A DNA stretch of 32,000 bases from Xylanibacter ruminicola 23 (GTDB lineage Bacteria; Bacteroidota; Bacteroidia; Bacteroidales; Bacteroidaceae). Under the pieces are notes generated by a model. That model was not told where the DNA came from and did not search any database. It saw nothing but the letters and a program-made list of their open reading frames with translations. The translations under genes and the position numbers were made by a program. This document shows positions 1 through 6,264 of the stretch, piece by piece; the stretch's first letter is position 1, and each line of letters starts with the position of its first letter. The stretch is from assembly GCF_000025925.1 (NCBI RefSeq), contig NC_014033.1, forward strand, positions 2,370,001 through 2,402,000. The letters are read 5' to 3'.

Positions 1-172
1 GTTTATCGTATCTCTCCATATCCTTAAGAAAACTGAGAATCCTCGGGTCGTGCGTCTCGATATAATCGGTTATACGCTGCTCAAGGGCAGCCTTTCCAGT
101 CTGCCATCCACAAATCCTGAATACATCCTCGATGCCTTCAAGATTAATGCCTTGTGTATTCGTTGTCGCCAC
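1..172 (-). CDS. possible N-terminal part of an uncharacterised protein, running off the left edge
   Basis: The minus-strand frame is open from GTG at 172 to position 1 (VATTNTQGINLEGIEDVFRICGWQTGKAALEQRITDYIETHDPRILSFLKDMERYDK...). It begins 2 nt after the stop of the 175-810 gene and is too short for the ORF track. No family recognised. Confidence 0.25.
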   Translation of the reverse strand, partial: MATTNTQGINLEGIEDVFRICGWQTGKAALEQRITDYIETHDPRILSFLKDMERYDK

Positions 173-174
173 GC

Positions 175-810
175 CTATAGGTTCTCTACAAATCCTTCTG
201 CCGTTGATGATTCGGGAGTGTATTTAATCTTTATAACGTGGTCGTATAAGTCCTCCCAGTACTCACGTTCCTCAGTCAGACGTTTGCCCAATTCTTCAAG
301 CGTTGGCTCAATGTGGTGTAGATTCAGGATTGTCAACTCCATGAGCTGTGCAAAGTAGCCGTCACTACAACCGCCAACTTCGATGCCAACCTCGACAACC
401 GGTTCTTTCGACTTGAAGCCGATGCCATATTCGCGCAGTTTCTCTTTCAGCGGTTCGGCCTCTTCGGCAGAATTTTCCCAGGCTTCGTATCCCCAAGGAT
501 CGTCACCATCCGCGTTTGCTTTCTGTGTTGCGCGTTGGATGCACAGCAGGAAGAACTTCTGCACGTCTATGCGCATGTCGTCCTCGCTGCAAAGCACTTC
601 GCAGTCGGTCAGTTCCGCACGGTTCCACACCACACCTTTTGCGCCATGCTTGTACTGCACAATCGGATGACTGTGCGTTTCCAACGTATATTTGCCGTCC
701 TCACCGATGCGGCTTTCGCCCACAATGTACGTAGCTATATGCTTGCCCACCTCGCCATTACAATAGATGTAGTCGAAGGGCGCTTCCAGTTTTAAAATCT
801 GAGTTTCCAT
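175..810 (-). CDS. hypothetical acidic cytoplasmic protein (211 aa), family not recognised
   Basis: ORF track. The ATG at 810 lies 33 nt downstream of a TAnnTTTG box. No signal peptide or TM segment is visible. Confidence 0.6.
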   Translation of the reverse strand: METQILKLEAPFDYIYCNGEVGKHIATYIVGESRIGEDGKYTLETHSHPIVQYKHGAKGVVWNRAELTDCEVLCSEDDMRIDVQKFFLLCIQRATQKANADGDDPWGYEAWENSAEEAEPLKEKLREYGIGFKSKEPVVEVGIEVGGCSDGYFAQLMELTILNLHHIEPTLEELGKRLTEEREYWEDLYDHVIKIKYTPESSTAEGFVENL

Positions 811-842
811 AAAATCCTGTATAGTAACATTCTTTTCGGTTG

Positions 843-850
843 CAAAAATA
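843..850 (-). promoter_or_regulatory. Bacteroidota -7 promoter box (TATTTTTG on minus strand)
   Basis: Matches the TAnnTTTG consensus and sits upstream of the 175-810 gene. The -33 element is not canonical. Confidence 0.45.
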
Positions 851-991
851 ATACTTTTCTATCAATAAAGCATGCAAAAAATCAAAAATGTTACACAAAC
901 GGTTCCATATTACCTGATGCCACAGAACCGTCCCCTGACAGGTTTCGGCACGGCTCTCGTTTTGCGATTTTTTATTTTCTGATTGAAAAAC

Positions 992-1022
992 TTGCACGTT
1001 TCAAAAATACTTCGTATCTTTG
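992..1022 (+). promoter_or_regulatory. Bacteroidota promoter: TTG (992-994), 20 nt, TATCTTTG (1015-1022)
   Basis: Exact TTG-N20-TAnnTTTG geometry, 27 nt upstream of the ATG at 1049. Confidence 0.65.
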
Positions 1023-1048
1023 CAACCGTAAGACAAATTTATCGCATT

Positions 1049-1273
1049 ATGACAGCAATTACTATCAACATTCCCAATCACGAAGTCAGCTTCTTTAAGA
1101 AGATGATGGCGAAGATGGGGTGGACGTACAGCGAAACCGATGTTGTGCGGTCAGCTGCCACACCCAAGGAGAAGACACTCGCCAAGGTTGACCACGCTTT
1201 CAAACAGTTGCGTCAAATGAAAGACGGCCAGTTGGAAGGTGTTAATGCGGAGGATTTGCTTAATGAACTGTAA
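1049..1273 (+). CDS. putative antitoxin of a RelE/ParE-type TA pair (74 aa)
   Basis: The internal ATG at 1049 (MTAITINIPNHEV...) follows the promoter; the TTG at 983 given by the ORF track lies upstream of that promoter. The ORF ends ...AEDLLNEL and overlaps the toxin start by 11 nt. Small size and position are typical of Bacteroidales antitoxins. Confidence 0.6.
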   Translation: MTAITINIPNHEVSFFKKMMAKMGWTYSETDVVRSAATPKEKTLAKVDHAFKQLRQMKDGQLEGVNAEDLLNEL

Positions 1274-1604
1274 GATTGAAGCAACCCCAGACTTTGCCCG
1301 CGAACTCAAACAACTCGCCAAGCGCTATCCCTCGATGAAGGACGACTATCGTAACTTCATCGATGCACTACGCAAGTCACCCCTCATGGGCGAGCCGCTT
1401 GGCAAACACCTACGCAAGGTCCGTTTCTCAATTGCATCAAAGGCCAGGGGGAAGAGTGGTGGCGCTAGGGTTATCACTCATACTGTGCTTGTGGAGTCTG
1501 ATGGTGCAGACATCAAGCTTGTTACTATCTACGACAAGTCTGACCAAGTCAACATAACAGACAAGGAACTGAAGCAACTGATGAAGAAGAATGGTCTCGA
1601 ATAG
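1263..1604 (+). CDS. RelE/ParE-superfamily toxin (113 aa)
   Basis: Start taken at ATG 1263 (MNCKIEATPDF...). The motif KVRFSIASKARGKSGGARVITH...LVTIYDKSD resembles the GKSGG(A/Y)RVI core of RelE/HigB-like mRNA interferases. The gene is translationally coupled to the upstream ORF. Confidence 0.7.
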   Translation: MNCKIEATPDFARELKQLAKRYPSMKDDYRNFIDALRKSPLMGEPLGKHLRKVRFSIASKARGKSGGARVITHTVLVESDGADIKLVTIYDKSDQVNITDKELKQLMKKNGLE

Positions 1605-1673
1605 TATATTACGCCAGCACTGTGATACCATTTATATATGAGGTTATCGCCATCCAAGCGTAGCAAAAAATAC

Positions 1674-1709
1674 AGAGAGCCATGCCCCAGCGGCACGGCT
1701 CTCTTTTTG
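1674..1709 (+). terminator. rho-independent terminator after the TA pair
   Basis: AGAGAGCCATGCC-CCAGC-GGCACGGCTCTCT forms a 13-bp stem with one mismatch, followed by TTTTT. Confidence 0.7.
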
Positions 1710-1748
1710 CGATGCGATAACTCTGCGAAAGGGATTTTTATATCTGTT

Positions 1749-1787
1749 CGGGTATAATTTTGTTATAATTACTTAAAATTATACCCG
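1749..1787. promoter_or_regulatory. 13-bp perfect inverted repeat (CGGGTATAATTTT / AAAATTATACCCG), candidate operator of the hip-like operon
   Basis: The arms at 1749-1761 and 1775-1787 are exact reverse complements separated by 13 nt. A third GGTATAAT copy at 1834-1841 overlaps the first ATG. Confidence 0.5.
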
Positions 1788-1815
1788 TATTGATATAATC
1801 AAACGATTTAATACT

Positions 1816-1823
1816 TATCTTTG
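1816..1823 (+). promoter_or_regulatory. Bacteroidota -7 promoter box TATCTTTG
   Basis: TAnnTTTG match 17 nt upstream of the ATG at 1840. Confidence 0.6.
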
Positions 1824-1839
1824 TACCCGTTAAGGTATA

Positions 1840-2046
1840 ATGATAATGACTTTATCGGAGTATATTAAGCAAAAAAGGAAAGAAAACGGCCTTTCTCAGG
1901 TTGAATTAGCAGAGAGGGCCGGAGTAGGTCTCAGGTTTGTGAGAGACTTGGAACAGGGGAAGCAGACCTTGCGAATGGACAAGGTTAACGACGTGCTGGC
2001 CCTGTTTGGCGAATGTCTCGGACCAGTAAAAACTAACGTTGTATGA
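1840..2046 (+). CDS. XRE-family HTH regulator, HipB-like (68 aa)
   Basis: The motif LSQVELAERAGVGLRFVRDLEQGK is a classic XRE helix-turn-helix. Its stop overlaps the next start (ATGA at 2043-2046). Confidence 0.85.
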   Translation: MIMTLSEYIKQKRKENGLSQVELAERAGVGLRFVRDLEQGKQTLRMDKVNDVLALFGECLGPVKTNVV

Positions 2047-2366
2047 AACAGGCAGGTATTTTTGTAAACGACGTCTTTTGTGGTATATTGACAGAGGACG
2101 AAGAAGGGTTTCATTTTGCTTACGACAAATCGTATCTTGAACGTAAGGATGCAGCCCCAGTAAGTCCCACTATGCCTCTTACGCAACGGCAATACGACAA
2201 GGAAATGATGTTCCCTGTTTTCGACGGACTCATACCTGAGGGATGGCTGCTGGATATTGCCTCTTCGTCGTGGAAGATTAATCCACGCGACAGGATGTCG
2301 CTCTTAATGGCATGTTGCAAGGATTGTATTGGAAACATCAGTGTAAAACCAATGAGCCATGAGTAA
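2043..2366 (+). CDS. stand-alone HipA N-terminal subdomain protein (HipS-like, 107 aa)
   Basis: The sequence GIL...FHFAYDKSYL...VSPTMPL...MFPVFDGLIPEGW matches the HipA N-terminal (coupling) subdomain pattern. The gene overlaps the next one by 8 nt. Confidence 0.8.
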   Translation: MKQAGIFVNDVFCGILTEDEEGFHFAYDKSYLERKDAAPVSPTMPLTQRQYDKEMMFPVFDGLIPEGWLLDIASSSWKINPRDRMSLLMACCKDCIGNISVKPMSHE

Positions 2367-3303
2367 GTGCCTGTTTTGTTATAAAGAACTGGAAGAAGGC
2401 CAGATTGACGTTCATCCTGCATGCGCCAGAAAGTTTTTCGGCAGTACTGATGTGCCCATCATTCCTTATACTCGTGATAACATGTCGGAACTGGCCCGAC
2501 AGGTTATTCGTACCAGTGCATCTGTTACGGGTGTGCAGGCAAAAATGTCGCTCGACGTGAATCGTGGCAGCAGAAAAGAACCGGCCAAGTTCACCATTGT
2601 CGGACTTTGGGGTAAGTATATCTTCAAGCCGCAAAGCGGGCATTATCCCTGTCTGCCTGAATTAGAAGACCTGACGATGAAGATGGCCGAAGCTGCCCGT
2701 ATCCGTACAGCCCGACATACACTGATCCGACTGGCTGATGGCGAACTGGGCTATCTGACGCTCCGTATGGACCGTGGGCGGAAAGGCGAGAAGATTTCGA
2801 TGCTTGATATGTGCCAACTTACCAACCGGCTTACAGAACATAAGTATTACGGCACCTACCAGCAATTGGCCGATACCATCAAGAAATATTCATCAGCCCC
2901 CATGCTCGACGTACAGCGGTTTTGGGAAGTGGTGTTATTCTCTTGGATAACAGGCAACTCAGACATGCACTGCAAGAACTTCTCGCTGATAGATACAGGA
3001 GGCGGTAAGTATGCTTTGGCTCCAGCTTACGACCTGCTTGCCGTGTTGCTGGCCGACCCTGCGGATACCGACGAGATGGCAATGACATTTACGGTGGGTG
3101 GCCAGAAAATAGGGTTCGACCGCAATACCTTCATGACTGCTTTTACCCAGAGTGGTATTCCTGTTGCCGTTGCATCTAAAATGATAGATCGCATGAAGCG
3201 CAATCTCCCCGTATGGGAAGAGCTTGTCAGCCAATCCTTCTTGCCAGATAAGATGAAGGCAGCCTATTGTGATTTGCTACGAAAACGAATAAGCAAATTA
3301 TAG
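2359..3303 (+). CDS. HipA-family Ser/Thr kinase core lacking N-subdomain 1 (HipT-like, 314 aa)
   Basis: Gly-rich loop SASVTGVQAKMSL, catalytic GNSDMHCKNFSL and Mg-binding APAYDLL are present. The N-terminus has a CxxC...HPxC cluster (CLFCYKELEEGQIDVHPAC). Confidence 0.85.
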   Translation: MSKCLFCYKELEEGQIDVHPACARKFFGSTDVPIIPYTRDNMSELARQVIRTSASVTGVQAKMSLDVNRGSRKEPAKFTIVGLWGKYIFKPQSGHYPCLPELEDLTMKMAEAARIRTARHTLIRLADGELGYLTLRMDRGRKGEKISMLDMCQLTNRLTEHKYYGTYQQLADTIKKYSSAPMLDVQRFWEVVLFSWITGNSDMHCKNFSLIDTGGGKYALAPAYDLLAVLLADPADTDEMAMTFTVGGQKIGFDRNTFMTAFTQSGIPVAVASKMIDRMKRNLPVWEELVSQSFLPDKMKAAYCDLLRKRISKL

Positions 3304-3383
3304 CACAAAAAACAACCGCCAGTTCAGGCGGATTCCCCGCTAAAACCGGGCAGTGTCGCGAATCGCGACGGCACCCCCCCAAA

Positions 3384-3413
3384 CCACTGCCCTGATTCAG
3401 GGCACTGGTTTTT
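3384..3413 (+). terminator. rho-independent terminator downstream of the hip-like operon
   Basis: CCACTGCCCTG-ATT-CAGGGCACTGG forms an 11-bp stem with one mismatch, followed by TTTTT. Confidence 0.7.
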
Positions 3414-3465
3414 ATCCGTCAGAAAGCGATCAGCCGTTTTATGTACAAAAAAGTCGCCCACACAC

Positions 3466-3498
3466 AAAAAGTGCCCGCGCCATCGCGGCGCAGAGCAC
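3466..3498 (-). terminator. probable terminator of the lipoprotein gene
   Basis: On the minus strand, the GC-rich hairpin GTGCTCTGCGCCGCG-ATGG-CGCGGGCAC is followed by TTTTT. Confidence 0.55.
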
Positions 3499-3535
3499 TT
3501 GAACTTAAAATTACGATAACGTTCTTATTGTGACT

Positions 3536-4945
3536 TTAATAGCCTACTCTTACGTATTTTGTAGTTGGTGTGGTAGCTGCAGTGTACTCTGTCCAAGATG
3601 TACCATCGTCGCAGGTCTCAATCTTGCCGGATGTGTAGCCGGCATCCTTGGTGAGGGTGACTTGGTTAAAAGCTTTACCCCCGGCACATTCAGCCCACAG
3701 CTTGCCGCCATGGACGGTGACGTTTGAATTGGTGCCGCCCGTAATTCCTTTGCTGTTTCCCTTACCTACGGCCTTGACATCGCCTCCGTAGATATTCATT
3801 GAGCCATTGGAAGCCAGATGAATTCCGTAACCGTAATTAGAACCTGTGTATGTGTATTCGGCATCAATCGACCCGCCATATACGTTAAATGTATCTATAC
3901 CATAGAAGCCGCCACAATTTCCAGAAGAAGTAGTTGATTTTACCTGGCAGCCGTGAACTTCCAATGTGGTTATGTACTTAATGGCATCACCATTTTGGCA
4001 ATTAACAACCAATTGGCCTGTCTTATTGGCTTGGCCATAAATGCTGAGACTGTAGCTTTGGCCGCCATTAATCAGGTTGGCAGTCAACTTGGCGCCGTCC
4101 TTGATAATCAGTTCGACATTACCCTTTAATGTGATATTTCCGTTGATGGTGACATTGCCTTCCACCACATAGGTGCCAGCTGCCCAATTGACATTCCCGC
4201 TAGCATTCTCCACCGTGGTATAAGTATCCGGCATCAGTGTTGCCACCAGTTCCTTCATCGTGTTATCCCACTTCAGATAGATCGCTTTCACGGTCACCTT
4301 GATGGCTGTGGCTGCAATCTCGCTGTCGGCGTGCTGGGCATCGGCCTTGGCGTAGTACCATATATAGTAGGTGCCTGCTGCCAGTGTTGCTGCCGTGGGC
4401 ACTGTGGCGTTGAAGCCATCGGTAGTGGTGGGCTGCGTGTTAGTCTCAGTCACCTGATACATCATCGTGCCGCCGTCGGCCTCGCCTGCTGTAACAAGGG
4501 CTGTGGCTGAGCCTGCGAGGATGTCGCCCGCTGTTGCTACAGGATCAGTAGTGATAGTAGCAGCTGGGAGGGTGGCTGGTTTAACTGTTACCACGTAGGA
4601 TTTCGAATCGGTGAGGAAGATTTTCTTGCCGCCGGTGCTGTAGCCAGTAGCGGTAGCGGTGATGGTAGTTGTGCCCTCAGCTTTGGCGGTTACAAGGCCC
4701 TCGTTGTCAACCGTAGCCACATCGGTTTTGCTTGATGTGTACTCTACCACGGCTGTGGTCACCGATATAGCTTTGCGCCTATAGGTATCGCCAACCTTGA
4801 GGGTTACGGGCTTGTCGCTCATTGAGAGGTAAGCCGGTATGGGATTGTCTTCGCTGGCGAAGATGTCGTCGCAAGCCGTAAAGAGCACAGCCAAGCAGCA
4901 CATCAGCGATGCCTGCAGCAGTCTTGAAATACTTTTCTTTGTCAT
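3536..4945 (-). CDS. surface lipoprotein with Big_2 Ig-like domain and C-terminal parallel beta-helix-like repeats (469 aa)
   Basis: Lipoprotein signal peptide ...LAVLFTAC. The segment VTLKVGDTY...TSSKTDVATVDNEGLVTAKAEGTTTITATA is Big_2-like. The C-terminal half has GNVTINGNITLKGNVELII-type turns and many G/N/T residues. Confidence 0.7.
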   Translation of the reverse strand: MTKKSISRLLQASLMCCLAVLFTACDDIFASEDNPIPAYLSMSDKPVTLKVGDTYRRKAISVTTAVVEYTSSKTDVATVDNEGLVTAKAEGTTTITATATGYSTGGKKIFLTDSKSYVVTVKPATLPAATITTDPVATAGDILAGSATALVTAGEADGGTMMYQVTETNTQPTTTDGFNATVPTAATLAAGTYYIWYYAKADAQHADSEIAATAIKVTVKAIYLKWDNTMKELVATLMPDTYTTVENASGNVNWAAGTYVVEGNVTINGNITLKGNVELIIKDGAKLTANLINGGQSYSLSIYGQANKTGQLVVNCQNGDAIKYITTLEVHGCQVKSTTSSGNCGGFYGIDTFNVYGGSIDAEYTYTGSNYGYGIHLASNGSMNIYGGDVKAVGKGNSKGITGGTNSNVTVHGGKLWAECAGGKAFNQVTLTKDAGYTSGKIETCDDGTSWTEYTAATTPTTKYVRVGY

Positions 4946-5009
4946 GATTAGATCGTTTAAATATTAAAATTGTTATTTCGGTAAAAATATGTCGTTGGGT
5001 TCTCTGCTG

Positions 5010-5017
5010 CAAAGGTA
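5010..5017 (-). promoter_or_regulatory. Bacteroidota -7 promoter box TACCTTTG (minus strand) of the lipoprotein gene
   Basis: TAnnTTTG match about 65 nt upstream of the ATG at 4945. Confidence 0.6.
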
Positions 5018-5039
5018 AAAAATTTTTCGGCTGCATTCA

Positions 5040-5048
5040 CCCCCCCCC
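5040..5048. repeat. homopolymer C9 (G9 on the coding strand of the lipoprotein gene)
   Basis: Counted directly. The tract ends 2 nt from the position where the -33 TTG would be expected (GGGGGGGGGTG, then 20 nt, then TACCTTTG). Confidence 0.9.
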
Positions 5049-5156
5049 GAGTTAAATTTTGTTAATCTAATAGATATTTCTAAGTTTCGTAGCACAAAAC
5101 ACCGCCGACATCCCTTTAAAATAAGCAGATATCGGAGAGAGGGGTTATGATTGCTC

Positions 5157-5308
5157 GGTGGTCATGGTGGTCAAGGTCAAAGTGGTCATTTTCGTTTTCG
5201 GAAACGCGGTCATTGCTCACTATATATAAATAGAATATTTATATTATAGTGGCGGAATTTGACAGTTGGTTTTCGATTTTGACCAAAATGACTTTGACCA
5301 TCGCGACC
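5157..5308. repeat. iteron-like repeat field: GGTGGTCA/GGTCA direct repeats, AT-rich palindrome, inverted TGACC repeats
   Basis: GGTCA occurs at 5160, 5169, 5175, 5184 and 5208. A near-perfect 34-bp AT palindrome spans 5218-5251. TGAC(C/A/T) occurs at 5259, 5280, 5288 and 5295, and CGACC at 5304. Confidence 0.8.
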
Positions 5309-5314
5309 GCGATG

Positions 5315-5370
5315 CGACATTAAACATGAAACATTAAACATTAAACATTAAAGATTAAACATTAAATATT
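5315..5370. repeat. tandem heptamer array, 8 units of AAACATT type
   Basis: Units in order: CGACATT, AAACATG, AAACATT x3, AAAGATT, AAACATT, AAATATT. The array ends 23 nt upstream of the -7 box at 5394. Confidence 0.9.
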
Positions 5371-5393
5371 CGTGAACCGCAATGGTAATGTTG

Positions 5394-5401
5394 TACCTTT
5401 G
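5394..5401 (+). promoter_or_regulatory. Bacteroidota -7 promoter box TACCTTTG for the HU gene
   Basis: TAnnTTTG match. It implies a leader of roughly 175 nt before the ATG at 5583. Confidence 0.5.
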
Positions 5402-5494
5402 CATCGTTGATTTGAGAGAGATAATTTGCGCGCCCACGAGAAAAAATTTACGGGCCCACGGGGGAGGCGATTTTTCGATTGAAATGAGACAGCG

Positions 5495-5515
5495 AGAGAT
5501 TAAACATTAAACATT
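5495..5515. repeat. tandem heptamer array (AGAGATT AAACATT AAACATT) inside the HU leader
   Basis: Read directly from the sequence. Confidence 0.85.
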
Positions 5516-5561
5516 CTTGCGTCCCTTCGGTAGCAAGCGCCACCCTACGGGATGTCGAGCG

Positions 5562-5582
5562 AAACATTAAACATTAAAGATT
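5562..5582. repeat. tandem heptamer array (AAACATT AAACATT AAAGATT) ending exactly at the HU start codon
   Basis: Read directly; the ATG at 5583 follows with no gap. Confidence 0.9.
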
Positions 5583-6134
5583 ATGGCATTGAAAGTAAAA
5601 GCTAAGGAACAGTTGCAGAACATCGGCAAGTATGCTGGTAAGTATCGTTACGTGATGATGCCGGAGCTGTACACGGCTCTGACTCAGGACAAGGTGATTA
5701 AGGAGGCTGCTCTGCGCAGCGGCGTGAGCAAGGGTGTGATGCAGGCCTGCTGGGATGCGGCTGGCGAGGTGATTAAGGCATGGGCCACCGAAGGTCACTC
5801 GGTTGCGCTGCCCGGACTGGGTACCATGCGATTCGGCTTGCGCGCCAAGAGCGTTGAGAAGGTGGACGAGGTGAAGGCCGGACTGATTTCGAGTCGCCGC
5901 ATTATCTTTACCCCCGACACCGATCTGAAGGAGGAGCTGTCGAAGACGGCCGTGCAGATTACCTGCTTTGACCGCGACGGCAAGGAGGTGAAGCGCGTGA
6001 CCAGTACCGACGATGGTAACGTGGAGGACCCCGACCAGCCTACCAATGGCGACAACGGTGGAAACACCGGAGGCGGAAACCAGGGCGGTAACACCGGAGG
6101 CGGCGGTCACAGCAATGAACCAATCGGCGATTAG
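5583..6134 (+). CDS. Bacteroidales-type HU-family DNA-binding protein with Gly/Asn-rich tail (183 aa)
   Basis: The N-terminal ~110 aa (…LTQDKVIKEAALRSGVSKGVMQACWDAAGEVIKAWATEGHSVALPGLGTMRFGL…) fit the HU-like fold family common in Bacteroidales (HU_HIG-like, from memory). The C-terminus is GDNGGNTGGGNQGGNTGGGG. Confidence 0.7.
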   Translation: MALKVKAKEQLQNIGKYAGKYRYVMMPELYTALTQDKVIKEAALRSGVSKGVMQACWDAAGEVIKAWATEGHSVALPGLGTMRFGLRAKSVEKVDEVKAGLISSRRIIFTPDTDLKEELSKTAVQITCFDRDGKEVKRVTSTDDGNVEDPDQPTNGDNGGNTGGGNQGGNTGGGGHSNEPIGD

Positions 6135-6140
6135 TTTTTA

Positions 6141-6235
6141 GGCACGGATTAACACGGCCTTTTTAAAAAAGGACACGGCTGTTATCAACGAAAAAAAGCA
6201 GCGTTTCTCTAAAAGAGAGCCGTGTAATCCGTGCC
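6141..6235 (+). other. long-range stem (17 bp with a 1-nt bulge) enclosing 60 nt between the HU gene and the small ORF
   Basis: GGCACGGATTAACACGGC (6141-6158) pairs with GCCGTGTAATCCGTGCC (6219-6235). The interior contains the CCTTTTTAAAAAAGG and TCTCTAAAAGAGA palindromes. Confidence 0.6.
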
Positions 6236-6243
6236 AAATTATT

Positions 6244-6264
6244 AACCATCAAACATTAAACATT
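6244..6264. repeat. heptamer array (AACCATC AAACATT AAACATT) ending exactly at the small-ORF start codon
   Basis: Read directly; the ATG at 6265 follows with no gap. Confidence 0.8.

Noticed and set aside
4946-5100. An invertible-promoter (shufflon-like) arrangement around the lipoprotein promoter.
   Set aside because: Only a 7-bp inverted match (ATTAGAT / ATCTAAT) flanks the promoter. That is far weaker than the inverted repeats of roughly 15-30 bp in known Bacteroides invertible promoters, and no nearby recombinase gene is present.
5145-5213. A minus-strand mini-ORF, MTAFPKTKMTTLTLTTMTTEQS, looks like a threonine-rich attenuator leader peptide.
   Set aside because: The Thr codons (ACC) are simply the reverse complement of the GGTCA/GGT repeat cores. 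No amino-acid biosynthesis operon lies downstream (only the lipoprotein promoter), and no terminator/antiterminator pair follows.
5315-5370. The tandem short repeats could be a CRISPR array or a satellite.
   Set aside because: The units are 7 nt and contiguous with no spacers, and no cas genes are present. This is a micro- or minisatellite-type array, not a CRISPR array.
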